The translations under genes and the position numbers were made by a program. A DNA stretch of 29,933 nt, from NCBI GenBank assembly GCA_051006535.1, contig JBPCTC010000076.1:1-29933 (forward strand). Direction: 5' to 3'. Each line of letters opens with the position of its first letter. Positions within the stretch are counted from its first letter, which is position 1. Positions 1-8,584 of this stretch are shown here, in pieces. This stretch comes from Minisyncoccia bacterium. GTDB lineage: Bacteria; Patescibacteriota; Minisyncoccia; Phycocordibacterales; UBA9973. The notes beneath the pieces are model-generated. The model was not told the origin of the DNA and made no database searches. It was given only the letters and a program-made list of their open reading frames with translations.

Positions 1-19
1 ATCAACCAGTTCAATAAGT

Positions 20-268
20 ATGACAAATCAAAATCTATTAAAATTCTTTCAAGACCCCGAATGGCATTTAGTTGAAGAAATGCTGTCCAAAAAAACAGAA
101 CCATTGCGTGATGTTAGTACAATAGATATAAGCCAAAGTGCAGAAACCATAAAGGCTATTATTGCAGGTAGGCAAGAAACGTTAAAGTTAATTGACGACT
201 TCAAACAAGAAGTTGAATTAACAAAAACCATTAACAATAACAACAAAACCCCAACAAGTTTTGCATAA
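20..268 (+). CDS. Hypothetical head-region protein (82 aa)
   Basis: ATG 2 nt after an upstream stop (TAA 15-17, probably the end of a truncated gene such as the portal); helical, charged; position upstream of scaffold/MCP. Confidence 0.7.
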   Translation: MTNQNLLKFFQDPEWHLVEEMLSKKTEPLRDVSTIDISQSAETIKAIIAGRQETLKLIDDFKQEVELTKTINNNNKTPTSFA

Positions 269-271
269 AAT

Positions 272-469
272 ATGACAGTATCAAGAAAATCACCAGGTGA
301 TTATAAAGATAATTACCAAGCAGAAGAAGACTTTGAAATGACTGAAACTGATTATTTAGCAGATAAACGTGCTTGCCAAGATAGAAGTGGTTATGCACCA
401 ATCTCTGATGAACAATTAGAACAAAAAGCAGTTGATGAAAAGTTACCAATGGGTTCGCAGTCTTATTAA
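272..469 (+). CDS. Small acidic, probably disordered protein (65 aa)
   Basis: Tightly packed after the previous stop; D/E-rich with no hydrophobic core. Confidence 0.65.
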   Translation: MTVSRKSPGDYKDNYQAEEDFEMTETDYLADKRACQDRSGYAPISDEQLEQKAVDEKLPMGSQSY

Positions 470-484
470 CAAATTAAAAAAAGT

Positions 485-685
485 ATGAATACATCACAAA
501 ATAAATCACCAAGTAACGAAATTGGAAGTTACCAATCACCAGTTCTTGCAAAAGAATATGGCGAAATAAACAAAGCCTTTGTAGTATCAGAATTGCCAAC
601 AAATGCTAATTCTACAAAGCAAGCAGCACCTACATTATCAGCTAGTCAAGACTCACCTGCTAAAGTAGGTAATCTAAGTTGCTAA
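485..685 (+). CDS. Small S/T/N-rich, probably disordered protein (66 aa)
   Basis: In tandem with its neighbours; N-terminal KSP..YQ motif resembles that of 272..469. Confidence 0.6.
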   Translation: MNTSQNKSPSNEIGSYQSPVLAKEYGEINKAFVVSELPTNANSTKQAAPTLSASQDSPAKVGNLSC

Positions 686-687
686 AT

Positions 688-918
688 ATGGAACAATATC
701 AAAAAACACCACTTGTAGGACCTACTAATGGCTACAATGACGGACAAATAAGTGTAGAAAATGCTAATGCTTCACAAGGGATAACAGAACCTGGTTATGT
801 ATCAGCTAAAAAAGATACTTATTCAGTGGACGGACAACACGAAAGTTCAGGAATAATGGGTATTAAAAAAGAAAATTCAATGGAAGGTTACCTACAAAGT
901 AACAATCCAGCTTACTAA
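688..918 (+). CDS. Small G/S/N-rich, probably disordered protein (76 aa)
   Basis: ATG at 688, 2 nt after the previous stop, preferred over the track start at 679. Confidence 0.6.
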   Translation: MEQYQKTPLVGPTNGYNDGQISVENANASQGITEPGYVSAKKDTYSVDGQHESSGIMGIKKENSMEGYLQSNNPAY

Positions 919-976
919 AATGTGGGGGTTGCGTCCCTTTAACGCAAAAATTATAAATTAGTACCAAACTATTAAA

Positions 977-1456
977 ATGGAAAATGAAATCGAGATTATC
1001 GACTCTACAAACGATACACAAGAAGAAACTACAGAAACAACACTTACTGTTGATGACTACAATAAGTTACTAGAAGAAAAGAAAGCTTTAGAAGAAGCAA
1101 ATAAGAAATTATATGCTCGCGTTAAAAAGTCATCGGAAAACAAACCGTTAGTGAATAATCAACCGACTCAAGATAATTCACAAGTTACCCAAGAACTCGC
1201 AAGACTAAAACTTAGAGTTGAACACGGTATTTCTGACCCAGAAGCCATAGACTTCATTATGAAGAATGGCGGAGAAAAAGCACTAGAAAACCCTTATATT
1301 AAAGGTACTGTAGATGCTATGGTTTCTCAAAAGACAACAGAAAAAGCTGTTGTTTCAGAAGAGTCAGGTTACTCTACAATGGACAAGAAATATTCTAATG
1401 ATGAACTTAAGAATATGTCTAGCGATGACTTAGAAAAACTACTACCTCACGCTTAG
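977..1456 (+). CDS. Putative capsid scaffolding protein
   Basis: Acidic N-terminus, coiled-coil (YNKLLEEKKALEEANKKLYARVKK), directly upstream of the MCP. Confidence 0.7.
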   Translation: MENEIEIIDSTNDTQEETTETTLTVDDYNKLLEEKKALEEANKKLYARVKKSSENKPLVNNQPTQDNSQVTQELARLKLRVEHGISDPEAIDFIMKNGGEKALENPYIKGTVDAMVSQKTTEKAVVSEESGYSTMDKKYSNDELKNMSSDDLEKLLPHA

Positions 1457-1497
1457 ATTATCATTATTATTAACAACTAAGTGTGTGGTGAAATTAT

Positions 1498-2415
1498 ATG
1501 GCAGCTCAATCAACAACCACAACACTATCACAGCAAATGAGTATATTCTACGACAAGGTTTTCCTTGAACGTGCAATGCTATCTCTACGCTATGACTTCG
1601 GTGCTACAAAGAAAACAATGCCTTTGAATTCTGGTAAAACCATCTACTTCAACCGTATGACTCCTTTGGCAGTACAAACAACAGCACTAACAGAAGGTAC
1701 AACACCAAGTGCAATATCAATGTCTTCAACAATCGTTTCAGCAACTGTTGCACAATACGGTACATACACCGCAGTGTCAGATATGTTCGCTCTAACATCT
1801 ATTGACGTAGGATTGAAAGAACACGTTTCTGTTATGGCTCAAAACGCAGGTGAAACTATCGATACACTTATAGCAGCAGAACTTTCTGCAAACGGTACAA
1901 CACAATTAGCAGGTGCTAAATCAAACATCACTGCAATCGCAGCTACTGACACACTAACAGGTGCAGAAGTTCGTAAAGCAGTTCGTACTTTGAAGAAAAA
2001 CAAAGCTCGTATGTTCCCAGAAGGAATGTTCCGTGCTATCGTTCCTGCTTCTGCAGCGTATGACCTACGTGGAAACACAGAATGGCAAAACTCATTGATA
2101 TATACAGATGCTTCTGACTACAAGAAAGGTGTGCTTGGTTCAATCCACGGCGTACGTTTCGTAGAAACAAACAATGAAGTATTTGAAGCTTCTACTGTAA
2201 GTGTTTACCACACATATATTTTCGGAGACGGTGCTTATGCAATGTTGAACCTAGAAGGACAACCTGCACAACACATCTTCTACAAGATACCTGGTGCAAA
2301 TGACACAAGTAACCCATTGAACCTTTACTCAACAGTCGGATGGGTGGCATACTTCGTTGCGAAGATGCTAAACAGCAACTGGTGTATAATCGTAAAAACT
2401 GGTGTAACTGCATAG
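1498..2415 (+). CDS. Major capsid protein, N4-gp56-like family
   Basis: 305 aa; FYDKVFLERA, MPLNSGKTIYFNR, LTEGTTP, QYGTY, GSIHGVRFVET and DPLN-like NPLNLYSTVGW motifs are typical of this family; strongly biased codon usage; followed by a terminator. Confidence 0.9.
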   Translation: MAAQSTTTTLSQQMSIFYDKVFLERAMLSLRYDFGATKKTMPLNSGKTIYFNRMTPLAVQTTALTEGTTPSAISMSSTIVSATVAQYGTYTAVSDMFALTSIDVGLKEHVSVMAQNAGETIDTLIAAELSANGTTQLAGAKSNITAIAATDTLTGAEVRKAVRTLKKNKARMFPEGMFRAIVPASAAYDLRGNTEWQNSLIYTDASDYKKGVLGSIHGVRFVETNNEVFEASTVSVYHTYIFGDGAYAMLNLEGQPAQHIFYKIPGANDTSNPLNLYSTVGWVAYFVAKMLNSNWCIIVKTGVTA

Positions 2416-2431
2416 TTATAACACTAACAAT

Positions 2432-2458
2432 AGTCCCCTTACGGGGGCTTTTGTTTTT
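2432..2458 (+). terminator. Rho-independent terminator after MCP
   Basis: AGTCCCC-TTAC-GGGGGCT hairpin followed by TTTGTTTTT. Confidence 0.85.
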
Positions 2459-2473
2459 AAATATTAAAAATAG

Positions 2474-2501
2474 TTGCATCTATTTATCTAAGTAGTATAA
2501 T
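2474..2501 (+). promoter_or_regulatory. Sigma70-type promoter, leaderless, for the glycosylation cassette
   Basis: TTGCAT(2474-79)-N16-TATAAT(2496-2501); ATG at 2508, 6 nt downstream. Confidence 0.7.
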
Positions 2502-2507
2502 TATAGT

Positions 2508-2864
2508 ATGACTAATCAAGAATTTGAATTGTATTTACAAAAAGAAATAAGCCCTGAAATTAACTTTCGTCAGAACTCTGGTAACTTAGATATTAAAAGT
2601 ATTTATTATGGTGATGTTTACACGGAAACAGCTATTCCGTCTGGTGATATAAACGAAGAACGTATGCCAAATTATTGTGATAACTTCGGTTACCCACACA
2701 GGGGTTCAAAAGAAGCTACAGAACGTGTTAAGACATTTATAGAACGTTTTAATACTGATATAGAATTTAAGAATGATGTACTTGGTATAGAAATAACAGA
2801 AGAAGTACCTTCTGGTACAGTTGATGTTGAATATAAAACAGATGAAAGTTCTCTTCCAAAATAG
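2508..2864 (+). CDS. Hypothetical acidic protein (118 aa), first gene of the cassette
   Basis: ORF begins at the predicted transcription start; no family recognised. Confidence 0.7.
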   Translation: MTNQEFELYLQKEISPEINFRQNSGNLDIKSIYYGDVYTETAIPSGDINEERMPNYCDNFGYPHRGSKEATERVKTFIERFNTDIEFKNDVLGIEITEEVPSGTVDVEYKTDESSLPK

Positions 2865-3747
2865 AAAAAAAGCTTGGTGGACAGGCGGTGATTACATACA
2901 AATGGAAAACACTGCCAATGCTTTACGCAAAATTGGCGTTGAAATTGATATTTCAGAAGATATGGTAGTACCACCTGATGTTATATCTAAGTATGACATA
3001 GTTCATTTGTGGAACTTTTCTATGAATTGGACTAAATATCAGTTATGGGTAGCACGTAAACATAGAAAACCAGTTGTCTGTTCTATGATTTATCACGAGA
3101 GCGACCAGTTTATACCGTACAATTTCCAGCAAATAATGTTAAATGAGCTTTCAATGCAGATATACTTAACAGAAAGTGAAAAAGAACGAGTAAAACGTCA
3201 TTTAGAAATCAATACCCCAACAGTTGTTATACCTAACGGAATTGATGACTTTTGGTTTAGACCAGTAAATATATCAAAAGACAATATAGTTCTCTCTGTG
3301 GGGCGTATAGAGCCAAATAAAGGGCAATTAGAAGTCGCTCGTGCTTGTAAAAAGCTTGGTATTCCATTTTATTGTGCAGGTGAATGTAACGATGAAGAGT
3401 ATAAAACACAATTATTAGAGAATGATGCAATTTTACTTGGTAAGTTAGAACCTAAAGAACTAATAAACTGGTACGAAAGAGCGAAAGTTGTTGCCCTTGT
3501 AAGTAAAGCAGAGATATTTCCATTAGTTGTTATGGAAGCGATGGCACAAAACTGTCAAATTGTTCTGACAACCACAAGTGAATGGAAACCAGATGTACAT
3601 TATGCAGAATACGGAAACACATTAAGTATATCTAAGGCAATATCTAAGGCTATGAAAGATAACAAAGATTATAAGAGTTTTATAAGCCAGTTTAAGTGGA
3701 ATGATGTAGCTTTAAAAATAAAAAAAATATATGAAGGAATTAGATAA
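2842..3747 (+). CDS. Glycosyltransferase, GT4 / GT-B fold
   Basis: Probable start MKVLFQNR (2842); GGD..QM, DIVHLWN, VIPNGID, VGRIEPNKGQ and the E-X7-E motif EIFPLVVME-AMA. Confidence 0.9.
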   Translation: MKVLFQNRKKAWWTGGDYIQMENTANALRKIGVEIDISEDMVVPPDVISKYDIVHLWNFSMNWTKYQLWVARKHRKPVVCSMIYHESDQFIPYNFQQIMLNELSMQIYLTESEKERVKRHLEINTPTVVIPNGIDDFWFRPVNISKDNIVLSVGRIEPNKGQLEVARACKKLGIPFYCAGECNDEEYKTQLLENDAILLGKLEPKELINWYERAKVVALVSKAEIFPLVVMEAMAQNCQIVLTTTSEWKPDVHYAEYGNTLSISKAISKAMKDNKDYKSFISQFKWNDVALKIKKIYEGIR

Positions 3748-3988
3748 CAAAATCTTAGAACAATTTAAAATAAAGTCCTGCCAATCTGTAAGACACTTAA
3801 TACATAAAGATGTTATGTATGCTGTGTTTATCACTAATAGATTTAGAAAAATAGGATGGATGGCACAAGTAGGTGAAAAATACTACGGGAATATAGCAAA
3901 AATGTCTTTAAAAGAAAAAGACGATATTATTGACTATTATGTTTCTATAGATAAAAATGCTAAAGACAGTATCGAACAACTAATATGA
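3731..3988 (+). CDS. Hypothetical protein (85 aa) within the GT cassette
   Basis: Overlaps both neighbours (ATGA coupling at 3985). Confidence 0.65.
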   Translation: MKELDNKILEQFKIKSCQSVRHLIHKDVMYAVFITNRFRKIGWMAQVGEKYYGNIAKMSLKEKDDIIDYYVSIDKNAKDSIEQLI

Positions 3989-4629
3989 AATTCTCAATCA
4001 TAATGCCGACATTTAATAGACCAGAGTTTATAAATCGTGCTATTAATGGTGTTTTAAATCAGACATATCAGAACTGGGAACTTATCATACAGAATGGTGG
4101 TGATAGTATTTTAGATATTATACCTAAAGACCCTAGAATAATCTTATTTGAAGAAAAAGATGCAGGTATAACTGATGCAATGAATAAAGGACTAAAGAAA
4201 GCAACAGGTGATGTCTTTAATTGGCAGAATGATGACGATTGTTTAAGGTCAGATGCACTTGAAACTGTCTTTAATAGTATTGGCGATAGACAATGGGTTT
4301 ATGGTTTTATCTGTATGCAGGGAAATGGTGGAAATCAAGTGTGGGGTCAGAATTGGGAAGGACTAACAAAATTAAAACAAGCTAATCACGTACCGCAACC
4401 TAGTGTTTTTTGGACAAGAAAAGCTTTAAATGAAGTTGGTTTTATGTGTGAAGAAGAAGACCTTGTTTCTGACTACGAGTATTGGTTAAGACTTGGTTCT
4501 ATTTTTGAACCATTGTTTATAAACAAAGTTTTAGCTGATTATTATATACACGGAAATCAAATAACAGTTAAACAAATGGACGAACAACTAGCTCAAGCAA
4601 AAAGAACCTCGAAAAAATATGATAAGTAG
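3985..4629 (+). CDS. Glycosyltransferase, GT2 / GT-A fold
   Basis: MKFSIIMPTFNRPEFI, NQTYQNWELII, GITDAMNKG, DXD-type NDDD, QPSVFW, DYEYWLR. Confidence 0.92.
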   Translation: MKFSIIMPTFNRPEFINRAINGVLNQTYQNWELIIQNGGDSILDIIPKDPRIILFEEKDAGITDAMNKGLKKATGDVFNWQNDDDCLRSDALETVFNSIGDRQWVYGFICMQGNGGNQVWGQNWEGLTKLKQANHVPQPSVFWTRKALNEVGFMCEEEDLVSDYEYWLRLGSIFEPLFINKVLADYYIHGNQITVKQMDEQLAQAKRTSKKYDK

Positions 4630-5209
4630 GGAAGACTTCGACAAAATAATAAAAGACAATATAGGACAAAATGGTGTCTTTGTTGAAATAGGTGCTTATG
4701 ATGGTGAAACTTTGTCCAATACTTGTCATTTAGCAGATAATGGGTGGGAAGGTCATTATTACGAACCTATAAAAGAATATGCAAATAAATGTTCTGTTCG
4801 TCATAAAGATAATAATGTTAAGGTATATAATTTTGGTATAGGAAAATTAGGAAAAGTTATTATGGGTAAATCTGGTATGTTGTCTACAGTAAAAGACAAA
4901 AACTATCAAGATAAAGTTAGTAAATTGCCTTGGTTTAAAGACACATATTTTGAAGCAATAGAAGTAGATATGAAAGATGTCTCTGTTATCCCAGAGTGTG
5001 ATTTATTAGTCATTGATACAGAAGGCTCTGAATATGATATAATAACAGAGTTACGAATACGACCTAAGGTTCTAATGATTGAATTACACGAACAATCAGG
5101 TGAGTGGCAAGATATTATAAACACTAAAAGTTTAACAAAAATAATAGAAGATATGGGTTACTCAAAAATATACTTTGATGATGTAGACACTATCTTTGTA
5201 AAAATATGA
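4619..5209 (+). CDS. FkbM-family SAM-dependent methyltransferase
   Basis: FVEIGAYDG..SNT, WEG...EP, LLVIDTEGSEYDII, MIELH. Confidence 0.85.
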   Translation: MISREDFDKIIKDNIGQNGVFVEIGAYDGETLSNTCHLADNGWEGHYYEPIKEYANKCSVRHKDNNVKVYNFGIGKLGKVIMGKSGMLSTVKDKNYQDKVSKLPWFKDTYFEAIEVDMKDVSVIPECDLLVIDTEGSEYDIITELRIRPKVLMIELHEQSGEWQDIINTKSLTKIIEDMGYSKIYFDDVDTIFVKI

Positions 5210-6345
5210 AAATAGCATTAATTGGTACAGATTGGAATTCTAATGAAACAAGGAAGAATACTAACGACTATGGTGGTGTAACATATTATCGCTTAATAAA
5301 ACCACTAATGGAATTAGGAAGTGATAAATATGAGTTCACATATCACGGGGCAGACCTTTCCAAAGAAGCAGAAAGTAAAAGTGTTATAGATTTTTGGAGT
5401 GATTTTGTTGATAGATATGATTTGTTTATCGTGAAACATATAGATAACGAAGAAGCTTGTTCTAATCTTCTATTTTTTGTTAGACGTGCTGGTAAAAAGA
5501 TAATACTGGACTTAGATGATAACCTATTTGAAGTTAAAAAAGACCAACCTGCTTATGAATACTATGCACAAGGCAAACCTAAGAGAGCTGTTGTGTCTGC
5601 TCTTATATCTTTAGTGGATGGTTTATTTGTTTCTACTCAACCACTTGCTGATTACTACACTAAACACGTAAAAGATATATTTAATATAGATTTAAAAGTG
5701 TTTGTATTACCAAACTATAATGACAAAAATGATTTTAGTTTTACTAAAACAGAAAAAGACAGCGATAAAATAGTTATAGGGTGGGCAGGTTCAACTACAC
5801 ATTTTGAAGACTTAAAAATAGCTATACCAGCAATAGAAAAACTGCTTAAAGAATACCCTAATTTATACTTTGATTTGATAGGTGGATTGACACACGAAGA
5901 TGCACCTAGACTATTTGAAAACGTTAGTGAAAAAGTTTTGGACAGAGTTTTTGTTGGAAGTGGAACAGAGTCTTGGACAGGATACCCTGAGATGTTATCA
6001 AAACTTAAATGGGACATAGGAATTGCACCACTTACTGATGATGAGTTTAATCGTGGTAAAAGTCATATAAAATGGATGGAGTACGCTTGTTATCAAATAC
6101 CTTGTGTAGCTAGTAAAGTATACCCATACTATATGCCTATATTAGGTCAGAATACTATTGAAGATAATGTTACTGGTATGCTTTGCGAAAAGAAAGACTG
6201 GTATAAAGCATTAAAAACCTTAATAGAAAATAAGGAAATGAGAGAACAAATTGGTAAAAATGCTCAACAATATGTTTTTGAAAATCTACAGTATAAAGAC
6301 CATAGATATTTATGGATTAATGCACTGTCTAGTTTCTGCGAGTAA
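5206..6345 (+). CDS. Glycosyltransferase, GT-B (GT4-like)
   Basis: GGVTYYRLIKP, ILDLDDNLF, IGWAGSTTH, DIGIAPL....FNRGKSHIKWMEYA, PCVAS. Confidence 0.85.
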   Translation: MKIALIGTDWNSNETRKNTNDYGGVTYYRLIKPLMELGSDKYEFTYHGADLSKEAESKSVIDFWSDFVDRYDLFIVKHIDNEEACSNLLFFVRRAGKKIILDLDDNLFEVKKDQPAYEYYAQGKPKRAVVSALISLVDGLFVSTQPLADYYTKHVKDIFNIDLKVFVLPNYNDKNDFSFTKTEKDSDKIVIGWAGSTTHFEDLKIAIPAIEKLLKEYPNLYFDLIGGLTHEDAPRLFENVSEKVLDRVFVGSGTESWTGYPEMLSKLKWDIGIAPLTDDEFNRGKSHIKWMEYACYQIPCVASKVYPYYMPILGQNTIEDNVTGMLCEKKDWYKALKTLIENKEMREQIGKNAQQYVFENLQYKDHRYLWINALSSFCE

Positions 6346-6359
6346 AATGTTAAGTGCCA

Positions 6360-6365
6360 TATAAT
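6360..6365 (+). promoter_or_regulatory. -10 element, leaderless start of the head-completion/tail module
   Basis: TATAAT 6360-65 with ATG at 6372 (6 nt gap); no good -35. Confidence 0.5.
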
Positions 6366-6371
6366 ATAATT

Positions 6372-7106
6372 ATGGTATTTAGTGATACAACAAACAGACA
6401 AGGAATAGTACAGGAGATAGACTTCTTGGTTAATTCGGATAATAACTCTTATCCAATAGAAGATAAAACCCGTAATGTTAATCGTGCTTATGATAAAGCA
6501 GTGTCTTTGATATTACAAGCAGACGGAAGATGGGAATTTGATGACCAAAATGCTACAGATTTACCTATAGCAACAACCGACTTGGTATCAGGTCAGCAAG
6601 ATTATTCTTTTGACCCTACCTTCCTTATTGTTTCACGTGTAGAAGTAAAAGACAGTAATGGAAACTGGACTGCTCTATCACCCTTTTCACAAGCTGATAT
6701 AGTTCGTGGTGGTATTCCTGGCTATATTCCTAGTCAATCGCTTACAGACTTTTTATCACAACCTGGTATTCCTCAATACTATGATAAGTTAGCAAATTCT
6801 ATATTTCTTTACCCAAAACCAAGTTATAGTCAAGACGCTTCTTTGAAAGTGTATTTTCAACGTAATGTTTCATACTTCACGCCAACTGACACAACAAAAC
6901 AGCCTGGTTTCTCTAATATGTTCCATAGACTTCTTTCAATGTCTGCTGCAATGGACTATGCACAGGCTAAAAACTTAGATTTATTAAGAAATCAGCCTTT
7001 CGTCTTAGAACTAGCACAAATGTGGGCTGACTTACAGTCATATTATACAAGAAAAGCAAAAGACGAGAACTTAAATATGCATATTCGTAAATGGAAATGG
7101 AATTAA
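6372..7106 (+). CDS. Putative head-tail adaptor / connector protein
   Basis: Probable start MVFSDTT (6372); NRAYDK, TTDLVSGQQDYSF, PQYY..LANSIFLYPKP and HRLLSM-type motifs seen in podophage adaptors; synteny. Confidence 0.6.
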   Translation: MVFSDTTNRQGIVQEIDFLVNSDNNSYPIEDKTRNVNRAYDKAVSLILQADGRWEFDDQNATDLPIATTDLVSGQQDYSFDPTFLIVSRVEVKDSNGNWTALSPFSQADIVRGGIPGYIPSQSLTDFLSQPGIPQYYDKLANSIFLYPKPSYSQDASLKVYFQRNVSYFTPTDTTKQPGFSNMFHRLLSMSAAMDYAQAKNLDLLRNQPFVLELAQMWADLQSYYTRKAKDENLNMHIRKWKWN

Positions 7107-7109
7107 GAT

Positions 7110-7277
7110 ATGGCAAACCCTTCACCTACACAATGGCGTACTCAGTATAAGAACCCAATACAATATCTTTTGTGTGAAAATGGAGATTTTCTGGCACAAG
7201 AAGACGGGACATCATTATTAGTATTAGAACAAACTGGTCAATCAACATCATTATGGACAGACCAAACATTACATTAA
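7110..7277 (+). CDS. Small virion-associated protein (55 aa; not in ORF track)
   Basis: MANPSPTQW...YLLCENGDFLAQEDGTSLLVLEQ...TLH; the LLxExGxxLxxEDG pattern recurs in phage tail-region proteins; fills the intergenic gap exactly. Confidence 0.7.
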   Translation: MANPSPTQWRTQYKNPIQYLLCENGDFLAQEDGTSLLVLEQTGQSTSLWTDQTLH

Positions 7278-7290
7278 TTATTAAAACACT

Positions 7291-8583
7291 ATGGGAAACT
7301 TAAAAATATCAGATTTAACTGCATACACAACACCAGTTTCGGCTGATGTATTACCTATTGTAGATACATCAAACGCCACTACAAAGAAAGTAACAATGGC
7401 GAGTTTATTCAATATACTTTCTTCACTATTTACTATTAAAGATAGTTCTGACACTACAAAGAAAGTTGCTTTCAATGTTTCAGGTGTTACAACAGCAACT
7501 ACTCGTACTGTAACAATACCAGATGCTAATACTACAATGGTTGGTACTGACACTTCACAGACTCTGACTAATAAAACCATAGGTACAGGTACAAAAATAA
7601 ACACAAGTGGTGCAGATGCTACAGGTTCTATGTACTACAGAGATGCTAGTGGAAATCTAACAGCTATTTCAGGTACAACTAGTGAAATAGTATCTTTAGA
7701 TGTTTCAGGTATACCAGAGTTTATACCAAACCCAAGTGCAGCAGATGCAACTTATTCTACAAAAGGTGTTCGTGTACTAGATGCTGATGTTGTCTATTAT
7801 GGCGTAGACTCTGGCTCAACTGATGCTTATGCTATAACCCTATCTCCTGCACCTACTGCCTATGTAGCAGGTCAAAGATTTTCTTTTAAAGCAAATACTG
7901 TAAACACAGGTACAGCTACACTTAATGTAAATGGTCTTGGTGCTAAAACAATAGTAAAAGGAGTAAATACTACACTTGCAGACGGTGATATTGCAACAGG
8001 TGAAATACATACTGTAATTTATGATGGTACAAACTTTGTACTTCAAAGTCCAGTCGCTACTGTTGCATCAGGAACAGCTGGAAACAAAATGTTATTCCAA
8101 TCAAGCACAACATTAACTTCTGATACTTCAACAACATCTGAAACAACACTTTTAACAAAAACAATACCAGGCGGAACATTGGGAACGGGCAATGTATTAA
8201 GAGTTAATTTAAAAGGAAACTATAATGACCAAGGTTCTACTGCTGTTCTAACACTTAAGTTTAAATATGGTTCTACAACACTAACAACTTCTACAATAAC
8301 AGGTATAAACGATGGCAGTACAAATCATTTCTTTGATGCATCTTTTGATATATACGCCACTGGTTCTGTTAGTTCACAAAAAGGGCTATTACAATTCTTT
8401 GCTTTCAGAGAAAGAACCACATTAGGAACAGCTAACCCTGTGTATCTTCGTCTAGCAGGTTCTGGCACAGCAACAGAAAACAGTGCTAACGATTTGTCTT
8501 TTACAATAACAACACAATACAATACAACTGGTGGTGCAACTATAGAAATATACGAATATACAATAGAACGACTAGCACAATAA
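7291..8583 (+). CDS. Tail fibre/spike-like structural protein
   Basis: N-terminal KISDLTAYT....DVLPIVD....TKKVT fibre motif; DAYAITLSPAPTAYVAG...NTGTATLNVNGLGAK module; Thr-rich. Confidence 0.7.
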   Translation: MGNLKISDLTAYTTPVSADVLPIVDTSNATTKKVTMASLFNILSSLFTIKDSSDTTKKVAFNVSGVTTATTRTVTIPDANTTMVGTDTSQTLTNKTIGTGTKINTSGADATGSMYYRDASGNLTAISGTTSEIVSLDVSGIPEFIPNPSAADATYSTKGVRVLDADVVYYGVDSGSTDAYAITLSPAPTAYVAGQRFSFKANTVNTGTATLNVNGLGAKTIVKGVNTTLADGDIATGEIHTVIYDGTNFVLQSPVATVASGTAGNKMLFQSSTTLTSDTSTTSETTLLTKTIPGGTLGTGNVLRVNLKGNYNDQGSTAVLTLKFKYGSTTLTTSTITGINDGSTNHFFDASFDIYATGSVSSQKGLLQFFAFRERTTLGTANPVYLRLAGSGTATENSANDLSFTITTQYNTTGGATIEIYEYTIERLAQ

Positions 8584-8584
8584 T

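Noticed and set aside
2413-2430. Readthrough or frameshift extension of the MCP
   Set aside because: TAG is followed by an in-frame TAA two codons later and a terminator; no slippery site seen.
1839-2479. Minus-strand ORFs over the MCP gene (similar ones over the GT, fibre, ejection and MTase genes)
   Set aside because: They overlap well-supported + strand genes, with no promoter or recognisable motifs; typical codon-bias shadows.
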